64,000 nt of DNA, from contig OX597819.1 of assembly GCA_951406725.2 (NCBI GenBank), forward strand, positions 93,186,001 to 93,250,000, written 5' to 3'. The position numbers and the translations under genes are program-made. Position 1 is the first letter of the stretch. Each line of letters starts with the position of its first letter. Shown in pieces: positions 27,791 to 41,730 of this stretch. This stretch comes from Octopus vulgaris. Its lineage: Eukaryota. Below the pieces are notes generated by a model. It worked only from the letters and a program-made list of their open reading frames with translations, searched no databases and was not told the origin of the DNA.

Positions 27791-28016
27791 TTTATTTAAA
27801 GCAGCAGAAAATTCAACAAAACCTGTTACTCTGAGTTTCCCGTTGCCGTTCAAAAACTGTAATAGATTAATTAAAACTGTCCGATGAACGGCAACGGAAA
27901 ACTCAGAGTAACAGGTTTTGTTGAATTTTCTGCTGCTTTAAATAAAGCATATTACTCTACCACTGGTATTTGAGAACTCTTTTTTCCACCTTGTTTCACA
28001 TTTATATGTTTATTCC

Positions 28017-28070
<54 letters not shown>

Positions 28071-28225
28071 GCTCTTTTCAGTTGCCGTCAAACAAAACTA
28101 TTCACAAGGTTTTGGTCGGCCTGGGGTTATAGTAGAAGATACTCACCCAAGGTGCAGCACACAGTGTGACTCAACTGACCACCACATGGTTGGAGAGCAA
28201 ACTTCTTACACATGCAGCCACGACT
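27480..28225 (-). mobile_element. Family A SINE split by a Penelope-type foldback in its (TA)n
   Basis: Tail at 27480-27680, head at 28065-28225, with (TA)n and the foldback between them. Confidence 0.7.
27790..28020 (+). mobile_element. Penelope pLTR foldback with type I hammerhead-like motif
   Basis: 63-bp arms 27790-27852 / 27885-27947 (1 mismatch). Motif aaaactgt-ccgatga-acggcaacg-gaaa(a)-ctcagag-ta-acaggtttt. A decayed relative lies at ~48130-48278. Confidence 0.75.
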
Positions 28226-28376
28226 GCAGAAAATTTTTATCTCAAAATCTAATCGAAACATTAACATTTCATAAAACAATATATTAACTTCTATTCAGCT
28301 GTCCGAATTATTCTAAACTATATTTCTTCTTGACCGAATACTGACCTATATAGACAAAGCAATTGCCCTTTTGCTA

Positions 28377-28416
<40 letters not shown>

Positions 28417-28505
28417 TACACACACATATGCACGCGTACGAGCGCACACACACTTACACACATAGATGTGTATAGATAGAAAGATAGATAGATAGATAGA
28501 TAGAC

Positions 28506-28576
<71 letters not shown>

Positions 28577-28608
28577 CAGATAGCTTTTCAGTTGATAGTT
28601 TCTGTAAT

Positions 28609-31000
28609 AGATTAATTAAAGCGGCGAAGAAGCAATCAAATACAGTTAAAATGGAATACCTGATGGTACCTTACATTAGTAGCTCTATTGGTGATATTTG
28701 TTTAAATACATATAAGTATATGTATTAACTATAGACTAGGTCGGAATATAGGTAATTTAACTACAGTAAACTTTTGTTATACGTTAATCCAGAATGTTTC
28801 AAGAGCATTTATCTAGGAACGTATGATTGCGACAAGTCTAAATTCTGCTATAATGAAGTTTGGCATTTGTATACTGTAAATTTGGATATTATTAAAAGTG
28901 AGAATCTGAGAAGAATCATGATAAAAGGCACGAAGTATAGGAAACCTTGTAGGATTAGTAAGCATAGGTTAGAGGAGGTTATTTTACAATCGATTAGCGA
29001 TTTCATATTTAAGTCTTAAGTATAAGGTTACACTAGAGAAATTTCATAACTGGTGGAGTAGAATAACAAGTGAGTGTGTTGCTGAGACGTATTAGAAGGA
29101 TGTAGAACTCGTTAGGAAACCAATTAGTTTTAAGCAAGCCTGAGACTAAGGAAGACATTAGAGAATTGCATGACACGTATGATATAGTGCTAGCGGATAA
29201 AGCGCCTGGGAATTGTGTTTTCATTTGTAAAAATATATTATGTAAAGGTATCAGGTATGAGTTAGGATTAGATAGTAACTATGGCTTAAAGGTTTCAAAT
29301 TTTGCCACAAAGGCAGCATTTTGGGGAAGGTAATAAGTCGATTACATCGACCCCAGTGATTTACTGGTACTTAATTTATGGACCTCGAAAGGATGAAAAG
29401 CAAAGTCGACCTCGGCGGAATATGAATAGAGTGACAAACGAAATGCTGCTATTTCGCTTGGCGTGCTAACGATTCTGTTAGCTCACCACCTTAACTTTAA
29501 GGGTAATAATACATATAGTATAGTATCGGATGAACCTACCGAGGTAATAAGGAAATTTGATCCTGAGGTGGAAAGGTCGAGTAGTTCTGAAGTGGAAGGA
29601 TATAGTTATCCCTTTCTTTTTATTATTATCATTCCTAAATTACACAAGGTACCGTATAAAAGAAAGTGAATTTTAACATATATTTTTTATCGATTAATGA
29701 AGCTTTGAATGTTGTTACGTTGTACTCTATGAGGTACTGCGAACGAATCTTTAGCAAATCTGAAATAAGCTTTTTTTCGAGTGTAAGGTCCAGTAAAGAT
29801 GTTTTAAACAAACTGTTATGTGTAAAAGCTATTATCATCATGCATGTATATGATTTTTCTACAACGCATACTAACCTTATTTGAAAAGAGTGAAAGAAAG
29901 TATATTTAGTGTAATTGATAATGTATTCAATAAAGTCTACAGGTATATTTCAATTAAAAATGGTGGTGCTCCAGCATGACCACAGCTGCATATCTGAAAC
30001 GAGTAAAAGAGTAAAAGTGTATTTTTTACTAAGTGTAAATATAATGGTTATATATGTTTTAGAAAAAGTAGACTAAAGAAGATGGTGAGCTCTATAGTTA
30101 ATAACGTGTTTATTACATTTGCTGGGAAAGTTTTTTAGAAAATCAAGGGGATTCCGATAGGTAGTAATTATAGCCTTGTGATAACGGATTATCTTCATGC
30201 AAGTTCAACTTCCTTAATGATCTATAGTGATGGAGAAATATAGGTTGGGTCAAACAACTCGGTGGATGCTGCAGATATATCAATTAAATTCTTATTCCTA
30301 ACTATGGGAATTTCAATACTTGATGAAAAAAATATATCCGGTGGATCTCTAGGCAAATAAAAATGGTGAATCCGTAAAAGAGGTCAACTATTTAGATGCG
30401 AGAATAGTTGGTGCAGATGGAAAGGTCGAGGCGAGTTTTTATAAGAATGATAGTTTTAATTTTTGCATTACGTCGTTGCCTTGAGGGGATAGCAGAATTC
30501 CTCTTTGGATGGGTTATAATGTGTTTTCCAGCCAAGTTATTAATTATGGTTGAATTATAAATAAAGTTGGAATGTTTTTGAATAGGGTTAAAGACGCTCG
30601 TGGAAAAACACGATTACAGTTGTATAAGGTTGGTTAAATGTTTTAACAGTTATTTATATAAACACGGTGAGAAAGTATGGAATGATCTCAAGTTTACGGT
30701 TGAGCCTGGAATGGTAAGGAGCATTATTTTTGGTTTGTTATTTTTCTTTACTTAGGTAAGGTAAAATCACAGTTTAGAAAGTGTTGGTTGTTGGTTGTCG
30801 TTCATTGGTGTTATAACATCACTTCCACTAAGTATTTGTCATTCGTCACTTTTGTTGGATAGTTAGGGTTGGCTTCCGCTTATTGACAGCTGTCGATCTT
30901 TCGGTCTTTGGCAGCGTATCGTTAAGACATGAGTACAACCTCTGTCAATTTCTCTGCAACACATGGTGTTTCGTTATAGGTAACTTTATTTCGATAGAAT
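28609..31000 (+). mobile_element. Decayed Naiad-like Penelope retroelement (CxC linker plus C-terminal RT)
   Basis: YDCDKSKFCYNEVWHLYTVNLDIIKSENLRRIMIKGTKYRKP (linker), VLADKAPGNCVFICK, IPKLHKVPYK, YDFSTTHTNL, IKGIPIGSNYS, EVNYLD, SFNFCITSLP*GDSRIP...YNVFSSQVINYG. No endonuclease follows the RT. Starts next to (GATA)n. A SINE is nested at ~29285-29495. Confidence 0.8.
29285..29495 (-). mobile_element. Family N SINE nested in the Naiad-like element
   Basis: aagtcgattacatcgaccccagtg...gaaaggatgaaaagcaaagtcgacctcggcggaa. Confidence 0.88.
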
Positions 31001-31222
31001 TTTTTTAAATAGTATTCGATGTTTATAGTTTTTATGTGTGTAAGTTGGTTTAAAATATTAGAAAAAAACCCCACCATTTATCAATCCAAAATGAATAATT
31101 AAATTACACCATCTAGAAAATTACATATAATAGAAAAGTTAAAATTAAAATAACAATTAAAAAGTAAAGATTAAGTGAATTACAAAAATAATATAATGTA
31201 TATAATTGGTAGAAAACAATTA

Positions 31223-31686
31223 CACTTGTTATTCTACTCCACCAGTTATGAAATTCCTCTAGTGTAACCTTATACTTAAGACTTAAATATGAAATCGCTA
31301 ATCGATTCTAAAATAACCTCCTCTAACCTATGCTTACTAATCCTACAAGGTCTCCTATACTTCGTGCCTTTTATCATGATTCTTCTCAGATTCTCACTTT
31401 TGATAATATCCAAATTTACAGTATACAAATGCCAAACTTCATTATAGCAGAATTTAGACTTGTCGCAATCATACGTTCCTAGATAAATGCTCTTGAAACA
31501 TTCTGGATTAGCGTATAACAAAAGTTTACTGTAGTTAAATTACCTATATTCCGACCTAGTCTATAGTTAATACATATACTTACATGTATTTAAACAAATA
31601 TCACCAATAGAGCTACTAATGTAAGGTACCATCAGGTATTCCATTTTAACTGTATTTGATTTCTTCTTCGCCGCTTTAATTAATCT
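31223..31686 (-). repeat. 464-bp inverted duplicate of 28609-29072
   Basis: Manual comparison found about 7 substitutions; ORFs 28774..29019(+) and 31276..31521(-) are near-identical. Confidence 0.97.
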
Positions 31687-31839
31687 TTTTGAATTGATAA
31701 AAGGTGTTTTTTTCTAATATTTTATATATATTATATTGTGTGGAATTTGATTTAGTATTTCTAAATTGAATTCTTTTTCCTTGTAAGTTTGGATTTTATT
31801 CCCTCAAATAATAATTATATATATATATTCTATAATTAA

Positions 31840-32640
31840 TGTAATTCTAGTTGTTTCTAAGTAACAATCTCGTTGGCCGTTTAATTATATTGGATAATTT
31901 AGTCCCTTTGTAGTTAGCACCTGCTATTAATTATTTGTTTTTGATTATATATGTGTGTGTAATTTATTAAAATTTAATTCTATTTCCCCTTCTTATCGTT
32001 TTACTTTTAATAAACTATTGATTTGGTTAATATATTTTATAGTATTGAACTTGTCTCATATGTATTGATCTAAACCTGTCATTTGTCTGGCACACAGTTC
32101 GAGGACGTTGTTTACGAGATGTACTGTTCTACTAATTATTATTAGGCTTGTTTTAGGTATTTTTATGTCAAGTTCGTGATGAGATGTTATCGAGAAACAA
32201 AGTATCTAATGGTCTATACTTATTGTATTGTCTGAATGTCCTTTTTTGGAATTCGATCTTTGTTATAAGTACTATTTTGTAGTTATAAATTATCATTATT
32301 TGTTTACTCTGATGTTGTTACTTGTAGTAATAAGCTGCTGAATTTCCAGGCTACGTTTATATTTTTAATGCTGTGAAAACCACTGGGTTCATTGGTACAA
32401 CAAAAGTGTCGAAACCATAATGATACCCGTTTGGGCAGCTGATGTTGAGAATACACATATGTTATGCTCGGTTAGTAATTTCTTATATATTTGTCTCGTT
32501 ATTCTCAGTTGTTCCTCATTCTTGTACAGTGGATTCTTACTTTGTATGGATCGCTTACTTGGGTATTTTTAGTTTTTTAATAGGTAATATAATTATTACG
32601 CTTAGATAATGCCTAGATACCGGTGTATAGTTTTGGGAGG
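31840..32640 (-). mobile_element. Possible decayed N-terminal part of another Penelope-like ORF
   Basis: QVLTTKGLNYP resembles the PLE VLSKGLNF.P motif; otherwise heavily degraded. Confidence 0.3.
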
Positions 32641-32731
32641 TTCTGTGATATAGATAGATAGAGAGGGAGAGAAGTATATGTTATACACAATATATATGTA
32701 TACTATACATACACACCTATATATGAATGAG

Positions 32732-32796
<65 letters not shown>

Positions 32797-32826
32797 ATGT
32801 AAGTATGTATGTATATATGTATGTAT

Positions 32827-33278
<452 letters not shown>

Positions 33279-33388
33279 ATATATGTGTATATATTTGAAT
33301 TTTCTCTGACTCCTCAGATTTTTTGAATGCTAGACTACTGGTTTTAAATTGATATTAAAATTAATATTAATTTATCTCCCTCAATTTT

Positions 33389-33432
<44 letters not shown>

Positions 33433-34979
33433 CGTATATATATGTTTATATATAGATAGATTGATAGAGAGAGGGAGAGAGAGAGACAGTGAGAGCATAA
33501 TTCTCTGCAATAATGTAGGTATTATTTTTTTATTTTTTTATTTTTATCTAGTTTCAGCTCACAAGCTGTGGCCATGCTGGGGCACCGCCATTATATATGC
33601 ATATATATATACCTATTTACGCTTCAAACTGTAATGTCAAGCACTTAACCAACCACAAATAGTTATAGATAACATTTTTAAACCAATGTCTAAATATGAT
33701 TTACAATTAAGTTAAGCTTACATTTCGAACTTGGAAAACATTTCTCAAAACAATATCGGGAGAACAGGCTCATTTACAAGGCTCACATGAATATAAATAC
33801 TTGTTCATTCAAGAAGCTAAATGTATGCATATATATGTATGCGTGTTTAAGCATGCATATTTTTGTATATATGCGTGTTTGTTTGTATGCATGTATATAT
33901 ATATACATATACACATGCACATATACATGCGCACTCTAAATTTGTATTATGAAATTTCGGATGACCTGAAGCTATGGCACCTGATGTTTACATCAGTTGC
34001 ATAATAATTATGTAACACACAGATATCTTCTGTTCTTCCAGATTTCTTAAAGCCAAAATCTTGCTTGAATCCAAATAATTCAATAATTATAGCAAGAATG
34101 TTAAGGAGTCATTCAACAAAACAATTAATATTATTTCAAATGAAGCTATCATCTCTAAACTGACAAGAAATATTCAATAACTATTACTAAATGAATATTA
34201 TATTGTAGGAAATATATGGAAGCACTTCAGTTCCAGTCATCATTGTGTACGCGTGCTAGTACGACGCCGTGGATAACACCCCTGTGTAAATATGTTTAAA
34301 TCTTATCATATTCCTCTTCGAAGAACTCACATGTTATTCCAGTCGTCTGGCTCTCACTTCCATTTTTTTGCTAAAATTTTCTAAAATTTTAATGTTAAAA
34401 TTAAATCTTATGAGGTATGAATATTGAAATTTAGTGCACTTAAGGCTGTCTTTTAGAAGCTTCGGCTCGTAATGTTTTAAATAATTACTATATTTTTTGT
34501 CTTCTATCAATCCTGGAGTAGCGTAAGGCAAATCAGGCCTCTTCAATGTTTCAATTCACAACGTAGATAAACAGAGTTACATACGGTGAGGTGCTTATTT
34601 AGGCACTCTATTTTATTAAATGATTGATCTCCACCGAAATATCGAGCGAGTCAGAGTGAAATATTTCTCAAATATCCATTACCGATTTAAAAAAAGAAAA
34701 GAGCACGTTGGCTGCTGTAATTGTAGATACAGTTCAAAAAACGGTAGGGTCACCCCTGGAATACCTTTGATTACAGGTTTGCTCGATCATGGCTAACCTG
34801 AGGGAGGAGCCTAAATGAAAGCAACAAAAAACATTGTAGGTAATATTGTTTATTTCCATGTTAATTATACAGAGTATCTCAAATATCTTTATAATCACTT
34901 TAAGCGGTTCTATAATGCGACAGTGATGTTGTTAATACAGTTAAAATTAATACAAAAAATTAATTAAAAGAATATAATG

Positions 34980-35140
34980 TTTTCTACTGTAGATACAAAG
35001 CCCAAAAGTTTTGTGAAGGGTGCTAGTCGATTAGATCGACCTCAGTACGCAACTGGTACTTAATTTATCAACCCCGAAAGGATGAAAGGCAAAGTCGAGA
35101 TCGACGGAATTTGATCTCAGAACGTAAAGACAGACGAATA
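34980..35140 (-). mobile_element. Family N SINE fragment
   Basis: ccccgaaaggatgaaaggcaaagtcga core. Confidence 0.85.
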
Positions 35141-35907
35141 AAAAGAATATATTATGAGAATAGCGCCATACTTAATATTTTATATGCATCGCGAGCTTTA
35201 GAGCTTATCTTGTTTGTTGCCGTACAAGCGACCTTTTATCGGTACCTTTTATCAAAACTCCATTTAATCAAGGTTGATTTTGAGGCTAAACAATAATACT
35301 AAGGTAAAACATTAAGATTATTATCACGTATTATCTCTATTTTGATTAAATAAAGGAAATTCAAATATGTTTATGCAACCAAAATGACTGTAAACATCAG
35401 GAAGTTGGGAATAAAAATATCGTTATTTCGCTAAGCATGTAAACTAAATTGCGAATTTAACTCTTAATGTCTCGTTATTATCTTCTTTTATCTTTGAGAG
35501 TTACAAACAATTGCCGCTAATTTTGTGTTTTCTTTCTCCAATGAAAAGAGGGATTTGAATTATTCAATAGGAACTTTCCACATATCACACTTTAATTTAA
35601 TTTCCGAAATTTATGTCATTAGAATATTTGAGTTATTTCCGTAGTTATTTTATTTATAACTATGTAAATTATTCTGGTCAAAAAAAATTTGTTACACTTT
35701 TCCATACTTAAAAAGCTTCACAGTTGGCTGGATTAGAGTTTATTTTGCTGACGAAAACTAATGGGCTGAAAGATATCCATAGTTATCTTTTGTTTGCAAA
35801 CGAAGATATACTATCTTCGCCCTAAACATGTGTGTTCTATAAAAAATTAATTTTATGTCTGTCGAGAATTATCTTCTCTTTTATTTTAGAATCACTAACA
35901 ACTACCT

Positions 35908-36135
35908 ATTTCTTTATTACCCACAAGGGGCTAAACATAGAGTGGACAAGCAACGACAGACACACGGAATAAGTCGATTACATCGACCCCAGTGCGTAAC
36001 TGGTACTTATTTAATCGACCCCGAAAGGATGAAAAGCAAAGTCGACCTCGGTGGAATTTGAATTCAGAACGTAACGGCAGACGAAACACCGCTAAGCATT
36101 TCGCCCGGCGTGCTAACGTTTCTGCCTGCTCAACC
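35908..36135 (-). mobile_element. Family N SINE, young tail type
   Basis: Near-identical to 12088-12297. Confidence 0.92.
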
Positions 36136-36569
36136 GTTAGACTTTCCTCTCGTTTCACTAAGAAAGAAAATTTTATTGATTAAAAATATTTTTCATTATA
36201 AGATATTCAGACAACACTCATTAACATATTTATAATTACGTGCTTCTAAAGAGATGCAGTAACTTACCTAAAACGATTCTTGGCGTTAAGAATGTGTAGT
36301 CATACTAAAGAGAACACGAGTATGAATTTCTTTTACAAAATTTTCTCAACAAACAAAATGAAATATATAATATCTAATAAGATATTATTGTAGCTAATAG
36401 AGCTAGAATTAATATTTAAACAATAAAAATGAATATAGTCTAAGAAGAGTAATGCTGCTCATTCGAGGGAAAAAACAATGAAAATGATTTTATCAGAATA
36501 GCCTCATATTTAATATCTAATATTCATCACGACCTACAGGACAGCTTATCCGGTTTGTGTGGCGTACAA

Positions 36570-37185
36570 ACGCCGGAAAGAAAAGTACCAGCTCACCGCA
36601 TGGTTAACTTCTAGCAGTTGCTGACACTCATTTTTATCATCAATGAACTGCAAAGTGAAATGAAATCTTTTGCTCAAGAATATAAAGCACTACCCAGCCT
36701 GGTATTCGAAACTGCGATCATTAGTCTAACACCCTAACCGCCACGCTACGCTCCTAATTATCAATATATTTAGAATTTACATCAAAACACAACATCATTT
36801 TGAATTTTAGAAGGTGGTGAGCTGGCAGAAATGTTAGCATGCCGGTTAAAATGCTTAGCGGCATTACGTTCTGAGTTCAAATTCTGCTGAGGTCGTCTTT
36901 GCCTTTCCTCTTTTTCTTGTCGATAAAACAAGTAGCAGTTGAGTACTGCAGACAATGTAATCGACTTACTCCGTCTCTCAAACTTCAGGCCTTGTGCCTA
37001 TAGCAGAAAGGATTATTTTGAATTCTAATGTGAACTCGGAGTAAGAAGCTTGCTTCCCAACCACATAGTTCCAGGTTCAGTCCCACTGCGCGGCAACTTA
37101 GGCAAGTGTTTTGTACTATTGCCACAGGCCTACCAAAGCCCTGTGAGTGGATTTCATAGACGGAAACTGAAAGAAGCTCGTCGTA
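36570..37185. mobile_element. Cluster of three SINEs: B(-), N(+), A(+)
   Basis: Family-diagnostic motifs at ~36570-36750, 36810-37020 and 37040-37185. Confidence 0.8.
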
Positions 37186-37431
37186 TATATATATGCACAC
37201 ACACACATATATATACACACATATTTATATATACATACATATATATATGCATATATAATAAATATTAGGGTTTATTTTAGATTATTTTAGATTATATATT
37301 GATTATATATAGATTATATATAGATTATATATAGATTATATATTTTTATTTTCATTGATAATTTTATTATTTTATTATTTTAAATTATATTAAATTATAT
37401 TTTAAAATATTGATATTTTTAGATCGAAAAT

Positions 37432-37475
37432 CCACCTGAAGATTGTCGGTAGCAGACATGAAACAATTGTTGTGG
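37432..37475 (+). ncRNA. Minimal type I hammerhead ribozyme motif (Penelope pLTR remnant)
   Basis: CCAC-CUGAAGA-UUGUC(GGUAGCA)GACAU-GAAA-CAAUUG-UU-GUGG: stem I CCAC/GUGG, intact core, palindromic stem III. Confidence 0.7.
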
Positions 37476-37609
37476 CGGTTTATTTAATTTATATTAAAAT
37501 TTTATGTATTGATTAAGTCTTTTCTTGTTTGGTTTTAAAATAGTGGTTTTGTCTCGAATTATATTATATTTTATGCATATATATATATAGATATACATAT
37601 ATATATGTA

Positions 37610-37654
<45 letters not shown>

Positions 37655-37656
<2 letters not shown>

Positions 37657-37948
37657 TGGCACTCCGTCGGTTACGACGACTAGGGTTCCAGTTGATCCGA
37701 TCAACAGCAGAGCCTGTAGAGACACGTGTACCTTTAACGTAGTTCTCGGGGAGATTCAGAAACAGGACGAAAGCCTGAAAGTTGTGGTGAAAAGGTACAA
37801 CAGGTTTTGCCAGCACCCACTGCCGGATCCTCGTAAAGCTTTAGGTATTTTCACTCAATAATCACTCACAACGCCCGGTCAAGGAATCGAAACCGCAATC
37901 CTACGACCGCGAGACCACTGTCCTTACCAATAGGTCATTGCGCCTCCA
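37655..37948 (-). mobile_element. Family B SINE (tail as in 32827)
   Basis: gcactccgtcggttacgacga end; head ...ggaatcgaaaccgc...cattgcgcctcca. Confidence 0.82.
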
Positions 37949-37963
37949 CACCCACCCACACAC

Positions 37964-38017
<54 letters not shown>

Positions 38018-38034
38018 ATGTGTGTGTATATATA

Positions 38035-38076
<42 letters not shown>

Positions 38077-38637
38077 TATAATCAAAATAAGCCACAGGAT
38101 ATCTGGAGGTAATGCAGTACAATCTTTTCAAGCGACTCCATTTAATTGAATAATGCAACCATTACATCAATTTAAATGCAGAACAATCCTCAGCTGCATA
38201 AATACGTAGAATCAAATTAAAACAGATGGACATATAAGATAAAGAGATAGACAAAGAACCTGCTGTCTTCACTTCAGCTTAGAAGCTACTGAAGTATCAG
38301 GAAGAAAGACTTGTTAGAGAACTAGCCTGTCACTGTTTTAGGTGGGGGTCAGTTTTAATGTATAGTCTTGTTTATTAAATGTCTGTATATCAAAATCTAA
38401 GACCAAAGAACAATGAGCCATGTCTGTTAGGAAAGGGGCTGAGGGAGTCATAAAACTATCAAGATTAATTTGAAGCAATATAATAAGATTTGGTAAAGGA
38501 AATCTTAAATCAAGATGTTAGCTGACAATTAAAGAGGTAAGACTCTAATAAACCAATGATGATAATACAAGGGAAATTTTATTGTGGGGTACTATAGTTA
38601 AATATTTTAAACAATATTGGCATATTGTATAAAGTTA

Positions 38638-38711
38638 AAATTTAGGGTTATTCGGATTATTAAGAAGAATATTATAATATTCGTCTTAATAATCTGAATA
38701 ACCCTAAATTT
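38638..38711. repeat. 74-bp near-perfect palindrome
   Basis: aaatttagggttattcggattattaagaagaatatta|taatattcgtcttaataatctgaataaccctaaattt, 2 mismatches, no spacer. Confidence 0.9.
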
Positions 38712-39877
38712 CCTTTTGTTATAACAAAAGGTTAATTTCTTTTAACACTTTCGAGTATATACCAAATTTTACCGCAATAGAGGGAGGAAAAGAAATTACA
38801 TAGAAATAGTTTAATATTTATACAGATTATATACTTAAATACTGACTTGATTAGATGTATGGTATATATGAAGATTGATCATTGGCATTTACTGGTATTT
38901 AATAAAGGAGTACTGAGGCAAAGAACATGCCAACTACATATTAAATAAACTGCTTAGATTATAATTTGTTGTGTGTCTTTGTGTTTCTGTTTGTCCCCTA
39001 CTACCGCTTGAGATTCGGTGCTAGTGTGTTGGTTCCCGTAACTTAGCAATTCGGGCAAAGAATAAGTACCAGGTTTAGAAAATAAGACCCTTCAATGCTC
39101 TGCTGTAGCATGGTCGCAGTAAAAATGACTGAAACAAGAAGATAAAAGACATCATCATATGCTTCAATGAATCATTATTCGATCTATTTGCCAATAGAAT
39201 AAACTAGCCATCTAATGACGTAAGCAACTTCGGAGCTTCTACGCCGTTGATGGACCTTCAATAAATAGCCGTGAAATTGCTTTGCTCACAAATCAAAATC
39301 TAATGTCTTTTTTTAAAAAAAAAAGAGAACAGCTTATAATATATGTAGTTCAAGGCAAATGTTAACAGAGACGGTGATGGCAGGGTTGAAAGAATTCTCA
39401 TTGTGGAGCCGCTGGATCATGGCTAGCATGGTGAAAATTAGACAACAATAATAGACAATAACAATACATTATTAATACATGCTTACACACACACACGCAC
39501 ACACACGCAGACAAATATTCACTGTCTCACATAACACAAATGCGTACGTCCGAACCAGAATGGTAAAACCAGGAACTAACTTATAATCATTAAACAGAAT
39601 ATTTTTATTGGTGGTTTCACTGTTTGGCAGATGGATATATTAAGCAGTTAAGAAACGTGTTACTGTTATTATTGTTGATTAAAAAGATAAAGCCATATTT
39701 ACTTTCAACATATTATTAGCCTGCCAATTTGGCAGATGAAAGTGAAAAGCGGTTGTATATCCGTGAAGATGTGATACATTTACGAAAATTTATAGCTCTT
39801 TTAACGTTGAAAAAATTGTTAAATATTCGTTTAGATGCAGGAAATAAATATGCATAAAAGCACATAAATCCGTATAC

Positions 39878-39993
<116 letters not shown>

Positions 39994-40972
39994 GTGTGTA
40001 TGTGTATGTATGTATGTATGTATATAAAAAAGTATACATGTGTGTGCGTACGTAAATATAAATAAAATAAGCAATGATATATAGAGATAAAAATATATAC
40101 AAGAAGTTTTAATCGTACTGGTCCCTCAAAGTTCTTTGATGATGGATGCGTGGCAACTTACGCAGACTTCACGAGTCTGGAGCATAATCACAAACTATAT
40201 TAGCTAAGCAAATGACCTCAAAATGCACTACAGGCACTATAACTTATTCAGAACACTATTTCAGATAATTATCACCGTTTTCTAAGAACATGCAAACGAC
40301 AAATTTACGTAGGACAAAATGAGTCTGAGATAATGCTTCTTCAGTTCTTTAGAATTACCATTGAAAAATGACTCATACGCATAAATATCCATCTTTAAAC
40401 ATCAAAAACGTTAGAAGTGAACCAAATTTGAAAATGTCATGGTCAAATGGAAGAGAATCGTAGAAAAATTGCAGATGATATGAAATAGATGAAACTCGAC
40501 TAACTCTACAAACTCAACTACAGCAGTGGTTCCCTTCCTGACGTTTATGTGGAAAGTGGTTAAACAGAAGAAATTATTAAAATTAGCCATGATTAATCTT
40601 ACCCCACTTGAGATAATTTTTTTGAAAATTAAAAGCTATTAAATTAGACATTAATGTGGGAGAGAAATTGACTTGGAATCCAACAAAGAAAACAATTTGA
40701 TTGTTAAACACCAAGAATTATCCAGATATTTTATTAGCAGCCTCAATTACAATCGGGTCAAAGTTGAGGAAAAATTTCTTGAAAAACAAAGTATCTATCA
40801 CATGACTGTGTTTCAAAATCTCTCAGCTTCAACAAAAAATATTCGGACCAGTTTTAATTCCAAAAGTGGTGCAATACTACGAATATTATTGTGACAGGAA
40901 GAAATTAACGAGAGATCAAAAATGATTTATTTTGCCCCACTTACCCGTTTTGCACCCACCACCAACTTGATG

Positions 40973-41036
<64 letters not shown>

Positions 41037-41400
41037 TGTTTCTTTATTAACCACACAGGGATGCACACAGACGGAACAAATTACAAGGTAGAGCTTTTCT
41101 TTTTGGGGATAAAAAAAGGGGGTTTGCTTTTCGATCAAAAGGGATCGTAAAAGGAAAGAAAGAGGAAAGCAAAAGCAAAAAAGGGGGGTGGTAAAAATAA
41201 AAGGAAAAGAAAAAATCGATCAATAGGGATCGTTATCACAGATATGTCAATATAAAGTGTAAAGGGGAGGACAGGTGAGGTTTACCTGTGGAAAGAAAAG
41301 CCTACGGAAAAGACCACGGTAACCTAGGTCAATGAAGTCACATGTTATATTTTGTTTTACAAATAAGCAACTCTCTATTAAATTTTATGGTTCATAGGAT
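41037..41400 (-). mobile_element. Tx1-clade LINE, 3'UTR-only copy inserted in (GATA)n
   Basis: Homologous to 42156-42540; (GATA)n on both sides. Confidence 0.9.
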
Positions 41401-41401
41401 C

Positions 41402-41730
<329 letters not shown>

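Noticed and set aside
30470-30560. In-frame TGA codons in the Naiad-like RT as selenocysteine
   Set aside because: They fall at positions expected to be Trp/Arg-like (TGG or CGA decay), the copy also has TAA/TAG stops and frameshifts, and I could not identify a SECIS.
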